Assembly: GCA_905234575.1 (NCBI GenBank)
Contig: CAJOIG010000001.1
Coordinates: 1 to 36,751 of the forward strand
Source: an uncultured Oscillospiraceae bacterium
Lineage (GTDB): Bacteria; Bacillota; Clostridia; Oscillospirales; Oscillospiraceae
Reading direction: 5' to 3'
DNA length: 36,751 bases
Shown: piece by piece, positions 22,555 to 30,438 of the stretch
Layout of the letters: the number at the start of each line of letters is the position of its first letter
How positions within the stretch are numbered: the stretch's first letter is position 1
Notes under the pieces: model-generated
Databases searched by the model: none
Seen by the model: only the letters and a program-made list of their open reading frames with translations
Told to the model about the DNA's origin: nothing
Program-made: the position numbers and the translations under genes

Positions 22555-23375
22555 AAATCAATCTTTACGGCGAGATCGTCAGCGACGAGTGGGACTGGAT
22601 CTACAGTCTCTTCGAGATCCCGCACTGCTGCCCGCGGCTGGTGCGGGAGGCCATCGAGCAGCTGGGCGCGGACGAGGACCTGATCCTGGAGATCAACAGC
22701 CCCGGCGGCGACGTCTGGGCGGGGTTTGAGATCTTCGGCCTGCTGCAGGGCTGCCGCGCCCGCACGGAGGCGCACATCATCGCCATGGCGGCCAGCGCCG
22801 CCACCACGGTGTGCAGCGCCTGCGACACGGTGCTGGCCTCCCCCGTGGCCCAGGTCATGATCCACCAGCCCAGCACGTGGGGCGGGTACGTGAACAACGA
22901 CGGCGCGCGGGAGCTCCTGAACTTCCTGGACAGCGTGCGTGCGTCGATCATCAACGGCTACGTCATCAAGGCCGCGGGGAAGACGTCCCGGGACCGCTTC
23001 GAGGCGCTCGTGGACGAGAGCACCTGGATGCCGGTGCAGGACGCCATCGACCTGGGCCTCGTGGACGGGATCCTCGACGCCGATGAGGAGGCAGCGCAGC
23101 GCCTCCGGGAGCAGGGCGGGATCCTCGTGAGCAACATGGCAAGCCTCTCCCCCGCCCCCACGGCCCTCCTGGAGCGCTACGAGGCCGCCGTGCGGGCCGG
23201 GACGATGGCGGAGGCCCCCGGGCACCCGGTGGACCGCAGCGGCGCGCCGGCGGCCCCGGAAACGACCGACGCGGCGCCGGTGATCGACCGGGCGGACGCG
23301 GAGACGGTGGAAGACCTCATCGCCGACTGGAGGCTCCAGGCCGTCATTGACCTGGAGAGAGCGAGGCCGGTATGA
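22551..23375 (+). CDS. ClpP-family (S14) head maturation protease
   Basis: Features LEINSPGGDVWAGFEIF, AMAASAATTV and VMIHQPS. Confidence 0.85.
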   Translation: MKINLYGEIVSDEWDWIYSLFEIPHCCPRLVREAIEQLGADEDLILEINSPGGDVWAGFEIFGLLQGCRARTEAHIIAMAASAATTVCSACDTVLASPVAQVMIHQPSTWGGYVNNDGARELLNFLDSVRASIINGYVIKAAGKTSRDRFEALVDESTWMPVQDAIDLGLVDGILDADEEAAQRLREQGGILVSNMASLSPAPTALLERYEAAVRAGTMAEAPGHPVDRSGAPAAPETTDAAPVIDRADAETVEDLIADWRLQAVIDLERARPV

Positions 23376-24661
23376 ACAGACTGGAACGGGGCCTTGCGTC
23401 CCTCTTTCCCGGCGACCGGCCCAGGGACCCCCCGGCGGCGCGGGACGCCGTGACGGTGGAAAGCCTCGGCCTTTCCGGCAGCCCGATCCGGACGGATCTG
23501 GACAGCGCCATGAAGCTCTCCACGGTGAGCCGGTGCATCGACATCCTGAGCGACAGCATGGGGAAGATGCCGTTTTTCATCTACGACGCGGCCACCCGCG
23601 AACGGGTGCAGCACCCGGTGCTGGAGCTCATGAACCTGCGCCCCAACCCCTGGCAGACGCCGTTTGCCTTCCGCAAGCAGGTGGAGGCCGAGCGCGTGTG
23701 CAGCGGCAACGGCGTCGCCTGGATCCGCCGGGATCCCCGGACCCTGGCGCCTGTGGAGCTCGTGCCCATCCCCTGGGGCAAGTGGACCGTGCAGCTTCTC
23801 ACCGACGGGGCGCTGCGGTACACCCTGACCCACCCCTTCACCGGGGAGACCGTCACCTGCGGCCGGATGGACGTGATCCACGTGACGGCCTTCACCCGGA
23901 ACGGATACAAGGGTATCGGCTACCTGGAACGGGCCCGGGAGACGATCCTGGCCGCCCGGGCCGCCCAGGAATACAGCAGCAGCTACTACCAGAACGGGGG
24001 ACAGCCCTCCGGCATCCTGCGGACGGAGTCCGACCTCTCCGGCGAGCTGACCGTGACGGACCCGGACGGGACGCATCGGACCATCAGCAAGAAAGACCGC
24101 ATCCGCGAGGAGTGGGAGAAGCGGCACAGCGGCCCCCAGAACGCCCAGCGGATCGCCGTGCTGGACCTGGGCCTCGACTACAAGCCCCTCTCCATCTCCA
24201 ACCGGGACGCCCAGTTCGTCGAGCAGACGGCGCTCTCCGTGGAGGACATCGCGCGGTTCTTCGGCGTGCCCCTGTACAAGCTCCAGGCGGGAAAGCAGAG
24301 CTACAGCTCCAACGAGCAGAACGCCATCGAGTACGTCGTCGGCACCCTGCACCCCAACGCCACCGGGTGGGAGCAGGAGCTCCTCTACAAGCTCCTGACG
24401 CCCCAGGACATCAGCCGGGGCCTGCGAGTCCGCGGGAACCTCATGAACGAGCTTCGGGGCGACTTCCAGAGCCGGGGCGCGTGGTACCGCAATATGCGGG
24501 ACAACGGCGGCTTCTCGGTGAACGACATCCGGGCGCTGGAGGACATGCCCGACGTGGAGGGCGGCGACGACCACTACGCGAGCCTCAACTATGTGCCCCT
24601 GGCGGACTGGGCGGAGCTTAGCCGGCAGCGCGCCGCGGGCGGAAACGGGGGCGGCGCGTGA
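23372..24661 (+). CDS. Portal protein (HK97 family)
   Basis: Features LSTVSRCIDILSDSMGKMPFFIY, NLRPNPWQT, SGNGVAWI, VEDIARFFGVPLYKL. Confidence 0.85.
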   Translation: MNRLERGLASLFPGDRPRDPPAARDAVTVESLGLSGSPIRTDLDSAMKLSTVSRCIDILSDSMGKMPFFIYDAATRERVQHPVLELMNLRPNPWQTPFAFRKQVEAERVCSGNGVAWIRRDPRTLAPVELVPIPWGKWTVQLLTDGALRYTLTHPFTGETVTCGRMDVIHVTAFTRNGYKGIGYLERARETILAARAAQEYSSSYYQNGGQPSGILRTESDLSGELTVTDPDGTHRTISKKDRIREEWEKRHSGPQNAQRIAVLDLGLDYKPLSISNRDAQFVEQTALSVEDIARFFGVPLYKLQAGKQSYSSNEQNAIEYVVGTLHPNATGWEQELLYKLLTPQDISRGLRVRGNLMNELRGDFQSRGAWYRNMRDNGGFSVNDIRALEDMPDVEGGDDHYASLNYVPLADWAELSRQRAAGGNGGGA

Positions 24662-24807
24662 TGGTGACGGTCCTGTTCCTGCTGGGCGTGGCAGCCCTGG
24701 CCGCCGGGGTGGGGATGATCTTTCTCCCCGCCGGGATCATCACGGCGGGCGTTGGCCTGGTGGCCCTGGCACTGATCCTCGCGAGAGGATCCAACAACAG
24801 CAAATAA
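24661..24807 (+). CDS. Small two-TM membrane protein (48 aa) between portal and capsid genes
   Basis: Sequence MVTVLFLLGVAALAAGVGMIFLPAGIITAGVGLVALALILARGSNNSK. Overlaps the portal stop (GTGATG). Very high GC3. Below the ORF-track cutoff. Confidence 0.5.
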   Translation: MVTVLFLLGVAALAAGVGMIFLPAGIITAGVGLVALALILARGSNNSK

Positions 24808-24855
24808 CCGCGGCCCGGCCGCTGTTATAAATACTATCTTTTTGGAGGTAACAAC

Positions 24856-26043
24856 ATGAAGAGAAAACTCATCGCACTGGCCGCGGACCGCAAGGCTTGC
24901 CTGGACGCGGCGGAGAACGCCCTGAACAGCAACGATCAGGCGACCTTCGACTCCAAGATGGAGGAGCTCAAAAACATCGACGGTCAGATCAAGGACGTCA
25001 AGGCCCTGATCGCCGCCCAGGAGACCGTCATCGACACCGACCGCATGAGCGCGGGAGAGGTGAGCGACATGATGGCCGACCGGGGCGAGAAGATCCTCAA
25101 CCACGAGCGCGTGAAGATCACCACCGGCGAGATCCTGAAGGGTCTCCGCAACGCCGTGACCATCGGCGGCACCCTGGTGCAGCCCACGGGCGCGGGCAGC
25201 GAGATCCACGGCGGCGAGGACGCTATTTCCTCGATCCTGGATCTCGTCCAGGTGGAGGATTATACCGGCCTTTCCGGCTACGAGGAGCCCTATGTCGTGA
25301 GCGAGTTCGACGGCACCGCGGGCGGCATCGGCACGAACTCCGGCCAGGCCCGCACCGCCAGCGACGATCCCACCTTCGGCATCGCGCAGATCAAGCCCGT
25401 GGAGGTCACTACCACGAGCTATGTGGACCGGAACATCGCCAAGCTCAGTCCGGCCAACTATTACGCCAAGGTGCAGCGGATGGCCCTGCGCGCCCTGCGC
25501 CGGAAGGCGGCCGCCCTGATCGTGAACGGCTACAGCGTGAGCTCGGACGTGACCTATGGCATCAAGACCGCCGTGAACAAGGCCGGCAGCGCCATCTGCG
25601 CCGCGGACACCTACAGCGCCATCGACGTGAACACCCTCGACGACCTGTACTTCGCCTACGGCGCGGACAGCGAGATGGGCGGCCAGGCGGCCCTTTTCCT
25701 GAAGAAGGGCGACCTGAAGACCATCGGCCAGCTGCGGGGCACCAACGAGAAGCGCCGCCTGTTCACCATCACCCCCCAGGGCAACGGCAACCGCGGCGTG
25801 ATCGCCGACGGCGGCGTGCAGATCCCCTATGTGCTGACGCCCCCCCTGAGCGACGGCGACCTGATCTACGGCAACCCCCTGCACTACATCCTCGGCCTCT
25901 TCGGCGACTACGAGATCCGCGTGGACGAGTCCGTGAAATCCGTGGAGCGTCTGCACACCATCCTGGGCGATGTGGCCCTGGGCGGCAACGTGGTGTGGCA
26001 CCACGGCTTCGTCTACTACTCCAAGGCTCTGAGCCAGGGCTGA
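24856..26043 (+). CDS. Major capsid protein (HK97 fold) with an N-terminal coiled-coil delta-like region
   Basis: 395 aa, strong RBS GGAGGT. Position follows protease and portal. Typical HK97-family sequence features. Confidence 0.85.
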   Translation: MKRKLIALAADRKACLDAAENALNSNDQATFDSKMEELKNIDGQIKDVKALIAAQETVIDTDRMSAGEVSDMMADRGEKILNHERVKITTGEILKGLRNAVTIGGTLVQPTGAGSEIHGGEDAISSILDLVQVEDYTGLSGYEEPYVVSEFDGTAGGIGTNSGQARTASDDPTFGIAQIKPVEVTTTSYVDRNIAKLSPANYYAKVQRMALRALRRKAAALIVNGYSVSSDVTYGIKTAVNKAGSAICAADTYSAIDVNTLDDLYFAYGADSEMGGQAALFLKKGDLKTIGQLRGTNEKRRLFTITPQGNGNRGVIADGGVQIPYVLTPPLSDGDLIYGNPLHYILGLFGDYEIRVDESVKSVERLHTILGDVALGGNVVWHHGFVYYSKALSQG

Positions 26044-26049
26044 TAAACC

Positions 26050-26379
26050 ATGGCGGGGAAATCGGCAGCGGCTTTGGCCGCCGAGGCTGAGGAGGCAGCG
26101 GCTGCCGCCCTCGAAGCCTGCAAGACGTACATGCACGTGGACGGGGACGAGGAGGACGACCTGATCCGGGACGAGCTCATGCCTGCCGCGAAGGCGTACC
26201 TGGCCGGCGCCGGCATCCCGGAGCCGGAGGAGGACAGCCGCCTGTACACCCTGGCGGTCCACTCCCTGACCCTGCATTACTTCGACCACCGGGACGCGGT
26301 CGGCGGGGAGGCGCCTCTCCCCACCGGCCTGCGGCCCATCCTGAACCAGCTCAAGCACAGCGGCAGCGCACCGCTGTGA
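26050..26379 (+). CDS. Head-tail connector (gp6-like)
   Basis: Features YMHVDGDEEDDLIRDELMPAAKAYL...YTLAVHSLTLHYFDHRD. Confidence 0.75.
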   Translation: MAGKSAAALAAEAEEAAAAALEACKTYMHVDGDEEDDLIRDELMPAAKAYLAGAGIPEPEEDSRLYTLAVHSLTLHYFDHRDAVGGEAPLPTGLRPILNQLKHSGSAPL

Positions 26380-26380
26380 C

Positions 26381-26397
26381 GTGTCCTACCAGGACAC
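26381..26397. repeat. 17-nt palindrome GTGTCCTACCAGGACAC (copy D), between the connector stop and the major tail protein RBS
   Basis: 16 of 17 nt identical to 21215-21231. Confidence 0.7.
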
Positions 26398-26422
26398 AAT
26401 CCATCTTAAGGAGGATCACGCT

Positions 26423-26839
26423 ATGAGTAAATCAAACTCCATCGGCACGAAGCTGATGGTGAACAACAAGAAGGTCGGCGGCCTGAACAGCATCAACGGC
26501 ATCCAGATCAACGCCGACAGCATCGACGTGTCCGACTTCGACAACACCTCCGGCTACAGGGACAAGATCCCCGGCTGGAAGGAGGTCGGCGATCTGACCG
26601 CCTCCGGTTTCCTGGACGGCGACGACGAGGGCCAGGACGAGTGCTACGCCCTTCTGGCCAGCGGCGACGTGGTGCCCTGCCAGATCGTCTTCCCGACGAA
26701 GATCGGCAAGACCTGGAGCTTCAACGCCGGCGTGGTGGGCTTCACCACCGGCGCGGAGATCGGCGACGCCATCACCTTCGAGGTGACCTTCGCCGTGAGC
26801 GGCACGCCCACGCTGGCGGCCAGCGCCGTCAGCGCGTAA
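26423..26839 (+). CDS. Major tail (tube) protein
   Basis: 138 aa, RBS AAGGAGGA. Position is before the chaperone/tape-measure genes. Resembles small TP901-1/phi13-like tube proteins. Confidence 0.75.
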   Translation: MSKSNSIGTKLMVNNKKVGGLNSINGIQINADSIDVSDFDNTSGYRDKIPGWKEVGDLTASGFLDGDDEGQDECYALLASGDVVPCQIVFPTKIGKTWSFNAGVVGFTTGAEIGDAITFEVTFAVSGTPTLAASAVSA

Positions 26840-26851
26840 CGGAGGCCCCCT

Positions 26852-27280
26852 ATGGACGAGAATACAATGGACCAGACCGCGGAGACCCCGGCGCGGCCGC
26901 AGATCGAGCCCCCCACCGTCGAGCTGGGGGGCCGGCTGTGGGAGCTGCGCTTCGGGCACAAGGCCATGCGTATGTTCTGCCGGGCCGCGAAGTGCACCCT
27001 CTCCGACCTGGAGAAGGCCCTGGACACCTACGACAACGAGATCGCCCTTCTGTGGTGCATCGTGAGCACCCAGGACCCCGCCGTGAAGCGGGAGGAGCTG
27101 GAGGACTGGCTGGACGACATGCTGCTGGAGGATCTCTTCTCCCTGGTGCAGGACTGCTTTGCCGCGGCCCTGCCCAACACCTACGGCCGGAGACTGCAGA
27201 AGGCGCGGGCCGCGCTGGCCGCCGAGGACGAGGCAAACCCTACGACCGGGGCCCCGGCCGGTACTTCCGCGACAGCCTGA
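26852..27280 (+). CDS. Tail assembly chaperone (G-like)
   Basis: Position is immediately upstream of the tape measure gene. RBS GGAGG. Confidence 0.75.
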   Translation: MDENTMDQTAETPARPQIEPPTVELGGRLWELRFGHKAMRMFCRAAKCTLSDLEKALDTYDNEIALLWCIVSTQDPAVKREELEDWLDDMLLEDLFSLVQDCFAAALPNTYGRRLQKARAALAAEDEANPTTGAPAGTSATA

Positions 27281-27567
27281 AGGCCGCCGCCCGGATCGGC
27301 GTCACCCTCTCCGAGTGGGAGAGGATGACGCCCCGGGAGCTGGACGCGATGCTGGAGGCCCGGGCGGAGCAGGCGGAGGTCGAGGACCGGCAGACCCGGC
27401 TGAAGATCTACAACCTGGCCGCCGCGGTGCGGACCATGATCTGGGCGAAGAACCCGCCCAGCTATGAGCGGATGTTCCCGGAGGACCGGAAGAACGACAT
27501 GACCGACGAGGAGATGTATGCCCAGGTACGGGCACTGAACGCCCTCTTCGGCGGATCGGAGGAGTAA
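26852..27567 (+). CDS. Tail assembly chaperone, -1 frameshift product (GT-like)
   Basis: The -1 frame stays open from the slippery site to 27567, directly abutting the tape measure start. That frame has high GC3 and plausible protein sequence (SEWERMTPRELDAMLEA...). Confidence 0.65.
27235..27241 (+). promoter_or_regulatory. Candidate -1 programmed frameshift heptamer A-AAC-CCT (X XXY YYZ in frame)
   Basis: The register was checked against the 26852 frame. Confidence 0.55.
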
Positions 27568-30054
27568 ATGGCCGTTATCAAAAACATGATGGTACGCGTG
27601 GGGGCGGACGTCTCCGGCTTCACGACCCAAATGACAAAGGCCTCCAAGTCCGTGAAGGGGCTGCAGACCGGCGTGGGACAGAGCCTCAAAGGCATCCAGG
27701 GCGCCATGGCGGGGCTTCGGACCGCCCTGGGGGCCCTGGGCATCGGCGTGGGCATCCACGCCATTGCCGGCGCCGTACAGGAGGCCAAGGAGGCCTATGA
27801 CGAGGCGTCGGAGGCCTCCATGAAGCTGGCCACGGCCATGCGGAACACCATGGGCGCCCGGAACGAGGAGATCCAGAGCGTGCTGGACCTGTGCGAGGCC
27901 CAGCAGAGGCTCGGGATCATCGAGGACGACACCCAGGTGGCGGGGGCCCAGGAGCTGGCCACCTACCTGCGGCTCTCGGACAGCCTCAAGACCCTCATCC
28001 CCGCCATGACCGACATGGTGGCCCAGCAGTACGGCTTTTCCGCCTCGGCGGAGAACGCGGTGAACATCGCCACCATGATGGGCAAGGTCATGGAGGGCCA
28101 GACCGGCGCCCTGCGCCGCTACGGCTATTACTTCACCGAGGCGGAGGAGGCCATCCTCAAGTACGGCACGGAATCGGAACGGGCCGCCACCCTGGCGGGA
28201 ATCATCGAGCAGAGCGTGGGAGGCATGAACCAGGCCCTGGCCCAGACCCCCACGGGGCGGCAGCAGCAGCTGGCGAACACCCTGGGCGACGTGAAGGAGC
28301 AGTTCGGCGCCGCGGCCCGGGCGGTGGGGACCCTCTTCCTGCCGCTGATGTGGAAGGCGGCGGAGGCGCTCGGCTCTGTGGCCGCCTGGGCGGAACGGGC
28401 GGCAAACTCCCTCGGGAGGGTCTTCGGCACCGCGCCCCTGCTGACCGACTGGAAGACCGTCAGCATCGGGGTCTCGGGCTACGGCGACGCCTGGGAGGAC
28501 ACCGCCGACGCAGCCTCCGACGCGGGAGACGCCGTCACCGCCGCCGGGAAGGCCGCCTCTGAGGCCCGGAACAAGATCCTGGGCTTCGACGAGCTGAACA
28601 TCCTGGGAGACGACGTGACGGCCTCGGCGGGCTCCGGGAGCCTGGGCGCCGGCGCCGGTCTGGGTGACCTGGGCATCGGCGACATCGCCGCGGCGCTTCC
28701 CTCGGCCATGCAGGGCCTGCTGGACAAGGAGGTGGGGGACATCCCCTGGCTGACGAACCTGGTGCAGTGGATGAAGGATAGTTATGACTCTGCGCAACCA
28801 CGTAGGGTCGCATTTAAACTAGCAATAAAGGACGTCCTCTTCGACTGGAAGGACCTGAACCCGGAGCAGATCGCCCAGAAGGCCATCAGCGGCCTGGGTG
28901 TGCTGCTGGGCGCCGGTACCGGCTTTATGCTGGGCGGCGTGCCCGGGGCCATCGTGGGCACCCTGCTGGGGCTGGGGCTCACCCTGGTGGCCGATTCCGC
29001 CATCTTTGACCATGACGGGGTGCTGGACCGGAATGAGATCGCCTCCATGCTGGAGATCGGCCTGAACGGCCTGGTGGGCGGCGCCATCGGCTTTGCCGTG
29101 GGCGGCCCGGCCGGGGCGCTGCTGGGCGCCACCATCGGCGTGGGCGTCACCCTGCTGGCAAAGACCATCGAGTCGCAGCTGGGCGAGAAGGGGCAGAAGA
29201 TCCTGTCCGGGATCGTGGACGGGCTGAACTACGGCATAGCCGGCGGCGTGGGCGGGGTCCTGGGCTTTATGGTCGGCGGACCCGGCGGCGCGGCCATCGG
29301 GCTGCTGGCGGGCCTGGGGATCACCTTTGCCATCGGAAAGCTCAAGGCAAACTATACGGACGGCGACAACGGCCGCAGCAAGTACAAAAGCGGCGCGGCC
29401 TGGTTTCTGTGCGGTGTGCTGGGCATGCCGACGGATGAGGAGGTCAACGCCTGGTTTGCCCAGCTGGGGCGGGATCTCATGGAGGATCTGAGGGTCCTGA
29501 TCATCAACCCCGTCCTGGACGCCTTCGATTCGATCCGCGGCCTGTGGGACCGGCTGAAGAGCTGGTGGAGCAATCTCACCCTAGGCGCGATCAACATCAA
29601 AATGCCGCACTTCTCGTGGAGCTGGCAGAGCGTCGGAGGGGTCCTCTCCGTGCCGAAGATCTCCGTGGACTGGTACGCCCGCGGCGGCGTATTCGACAGC
29701 CCCAGCGTCATCGGCGTGGGCGAGGCCGGCAAGGAGGCCGTGGTGCCCCTGGAGCGCAACGCCGGGTGGATCGACCAGGTGGCCGGCTCCCTGGCGGACC
29801 GGCTGGACCGGCTGACCGCCGCCGGGAGCTACGGCAGCGCCTACCGGGCCCCGGCCGGCTCCGGCGGAGGCCCCGAGGCCTTCCTGGCCGCCTTCGGCGG
29901 GGATCTGATGCGGGCCATGGAGAGCCGGGAGCCCAGCCGTCCGGTCACCACCATCTTCAAGGTCGGCGAGCGCGAGTTCGCCCGGGCGACCTACGACGCC
30001 CGGAACGCGGTAAAGAAGGAAAAGGGCTTCTCTCTCATCTCAAACTTTACGTAA
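27568..30054 (+). CDS. Tail tape measure protein
   Basis: 828 aa, with Ala/Gly-rich helical and TM-like glycine-zipper segments. Position is canonical. Confidence 0.9.
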   Translation: MAVIKNMMVRVGADVSGFTTQMTKASKSVKGLQTGVGQSLKGIQGAMAGLRTALGALGIGVGIHAIAGAVQEAKEAYDEASEASMKLATAMRNTMGARNEEIQSVLDLCEAQQRLGIIEDDTQVAGAQELATYLRLSDSLKTLIPAMTDMVAQQYGFSASAENAVNIATMMGKVMEGQTGALRRYGYYFTEAEEAILKYGTESERAATLAGIIEQSVGGMNQALAQTPTGRQQQLANTLGDVKEQFGAAARAVGTLFLPLMWKAAEALGSVAAWAERAANSLGRVFGTAPLLTDWKTVSIGVSGYGDAWEDTADAASDAGDAVTAAGKAASEARNKILGFDELNILGDDVTASAGSGSLGAGAGLGDLGIGDIAAALPSAMQGLLDKEVGDIPWLTNLVQWMKDSYDSAQPRRVAFKLAIKDVLFDWKDLNPEQIAQKAISGLGVLLGAGTGFMLGGVPGAIVGTLLGLGLTLVADSAIFDHDGVLDRNEIASMLEIGLNGLVGGAIGFAVGGPAGALLGATIGVGVTLLAKTIESQLGEKGQKILSGIVDGLNYGIAGGVGGVLGFMVGGPGGAAIGLLAGLGITFAIGKLKANYTDGDNGRSKYKSGAAWFLCGVLGMPTDEEVNAWFAQLGRDLMEDLRVLIINPVLDAFDSIRGLWDRLKSWWSNLTLGAINIKMPHFSWSWQSVGGVLSVPKISVDWYARGGVFDSPSVIGVGEAGKEAVVPLERNAGWIDQVAGSLADRLDRLTAAGSYGSAYRAPAGSGGGPEAFLAAFGGDLMRAMESREPSRPVTTIFKVGEREFARATYDARNAVKKEKGFSLISNFT

Positions 30055-30071
30055 GGAAGGAGGGACGCGCC

Positions 30072-30434
30072 ATGGCGTTTCTCATCGACGGCGTGGATTA
30101 CACCGACACCATCGCGGCCGGCGGCCTCAAATGGCAGCGCAACGACATCGACGGCCCGAACGCCGGACGGAACAAGAGCGGCACCATGATCCGTGACCGG
30201 ATCGCCACCAAGATGCGGACCGACTGGAAATGCCGCCCCCTGCCCGGGCCCCGGAACCGTCAGCTCCTGCAGGCGCTGACGCCGGAATTTGTCACCGTCA
30301 CCTACGACGACCCGCAGGACGGCGCGGCCACCCGCGTCATGTACGCGAACAACCTGACCTCGGAATTCCTCATGCGCCGCCCGGACGGGACCGACTGGTG
30401 GCAGAACACGCAGTTCCCGCTGGTCGAGAGGTGA
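30072..30434 (+). CDS. Small tail component (distal-tail position, 120 aa)
   Basis: Called by position after the tape measure gene. RBS GGAAGGAGG. Confidence 0.5.
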   Translation: MAFLIDGVDYTDTIAAGGLKWQRNDIDGPNAGRNKSGTMIRDRIATKMRTDWKCRPLPGPRNRQLLQALTPEFVTVTYDDPQDGAATRVMYANNLTSEFLMRRPDGTDWWQNTQFPLVER

Positions 30435-30438
30435 GGCG

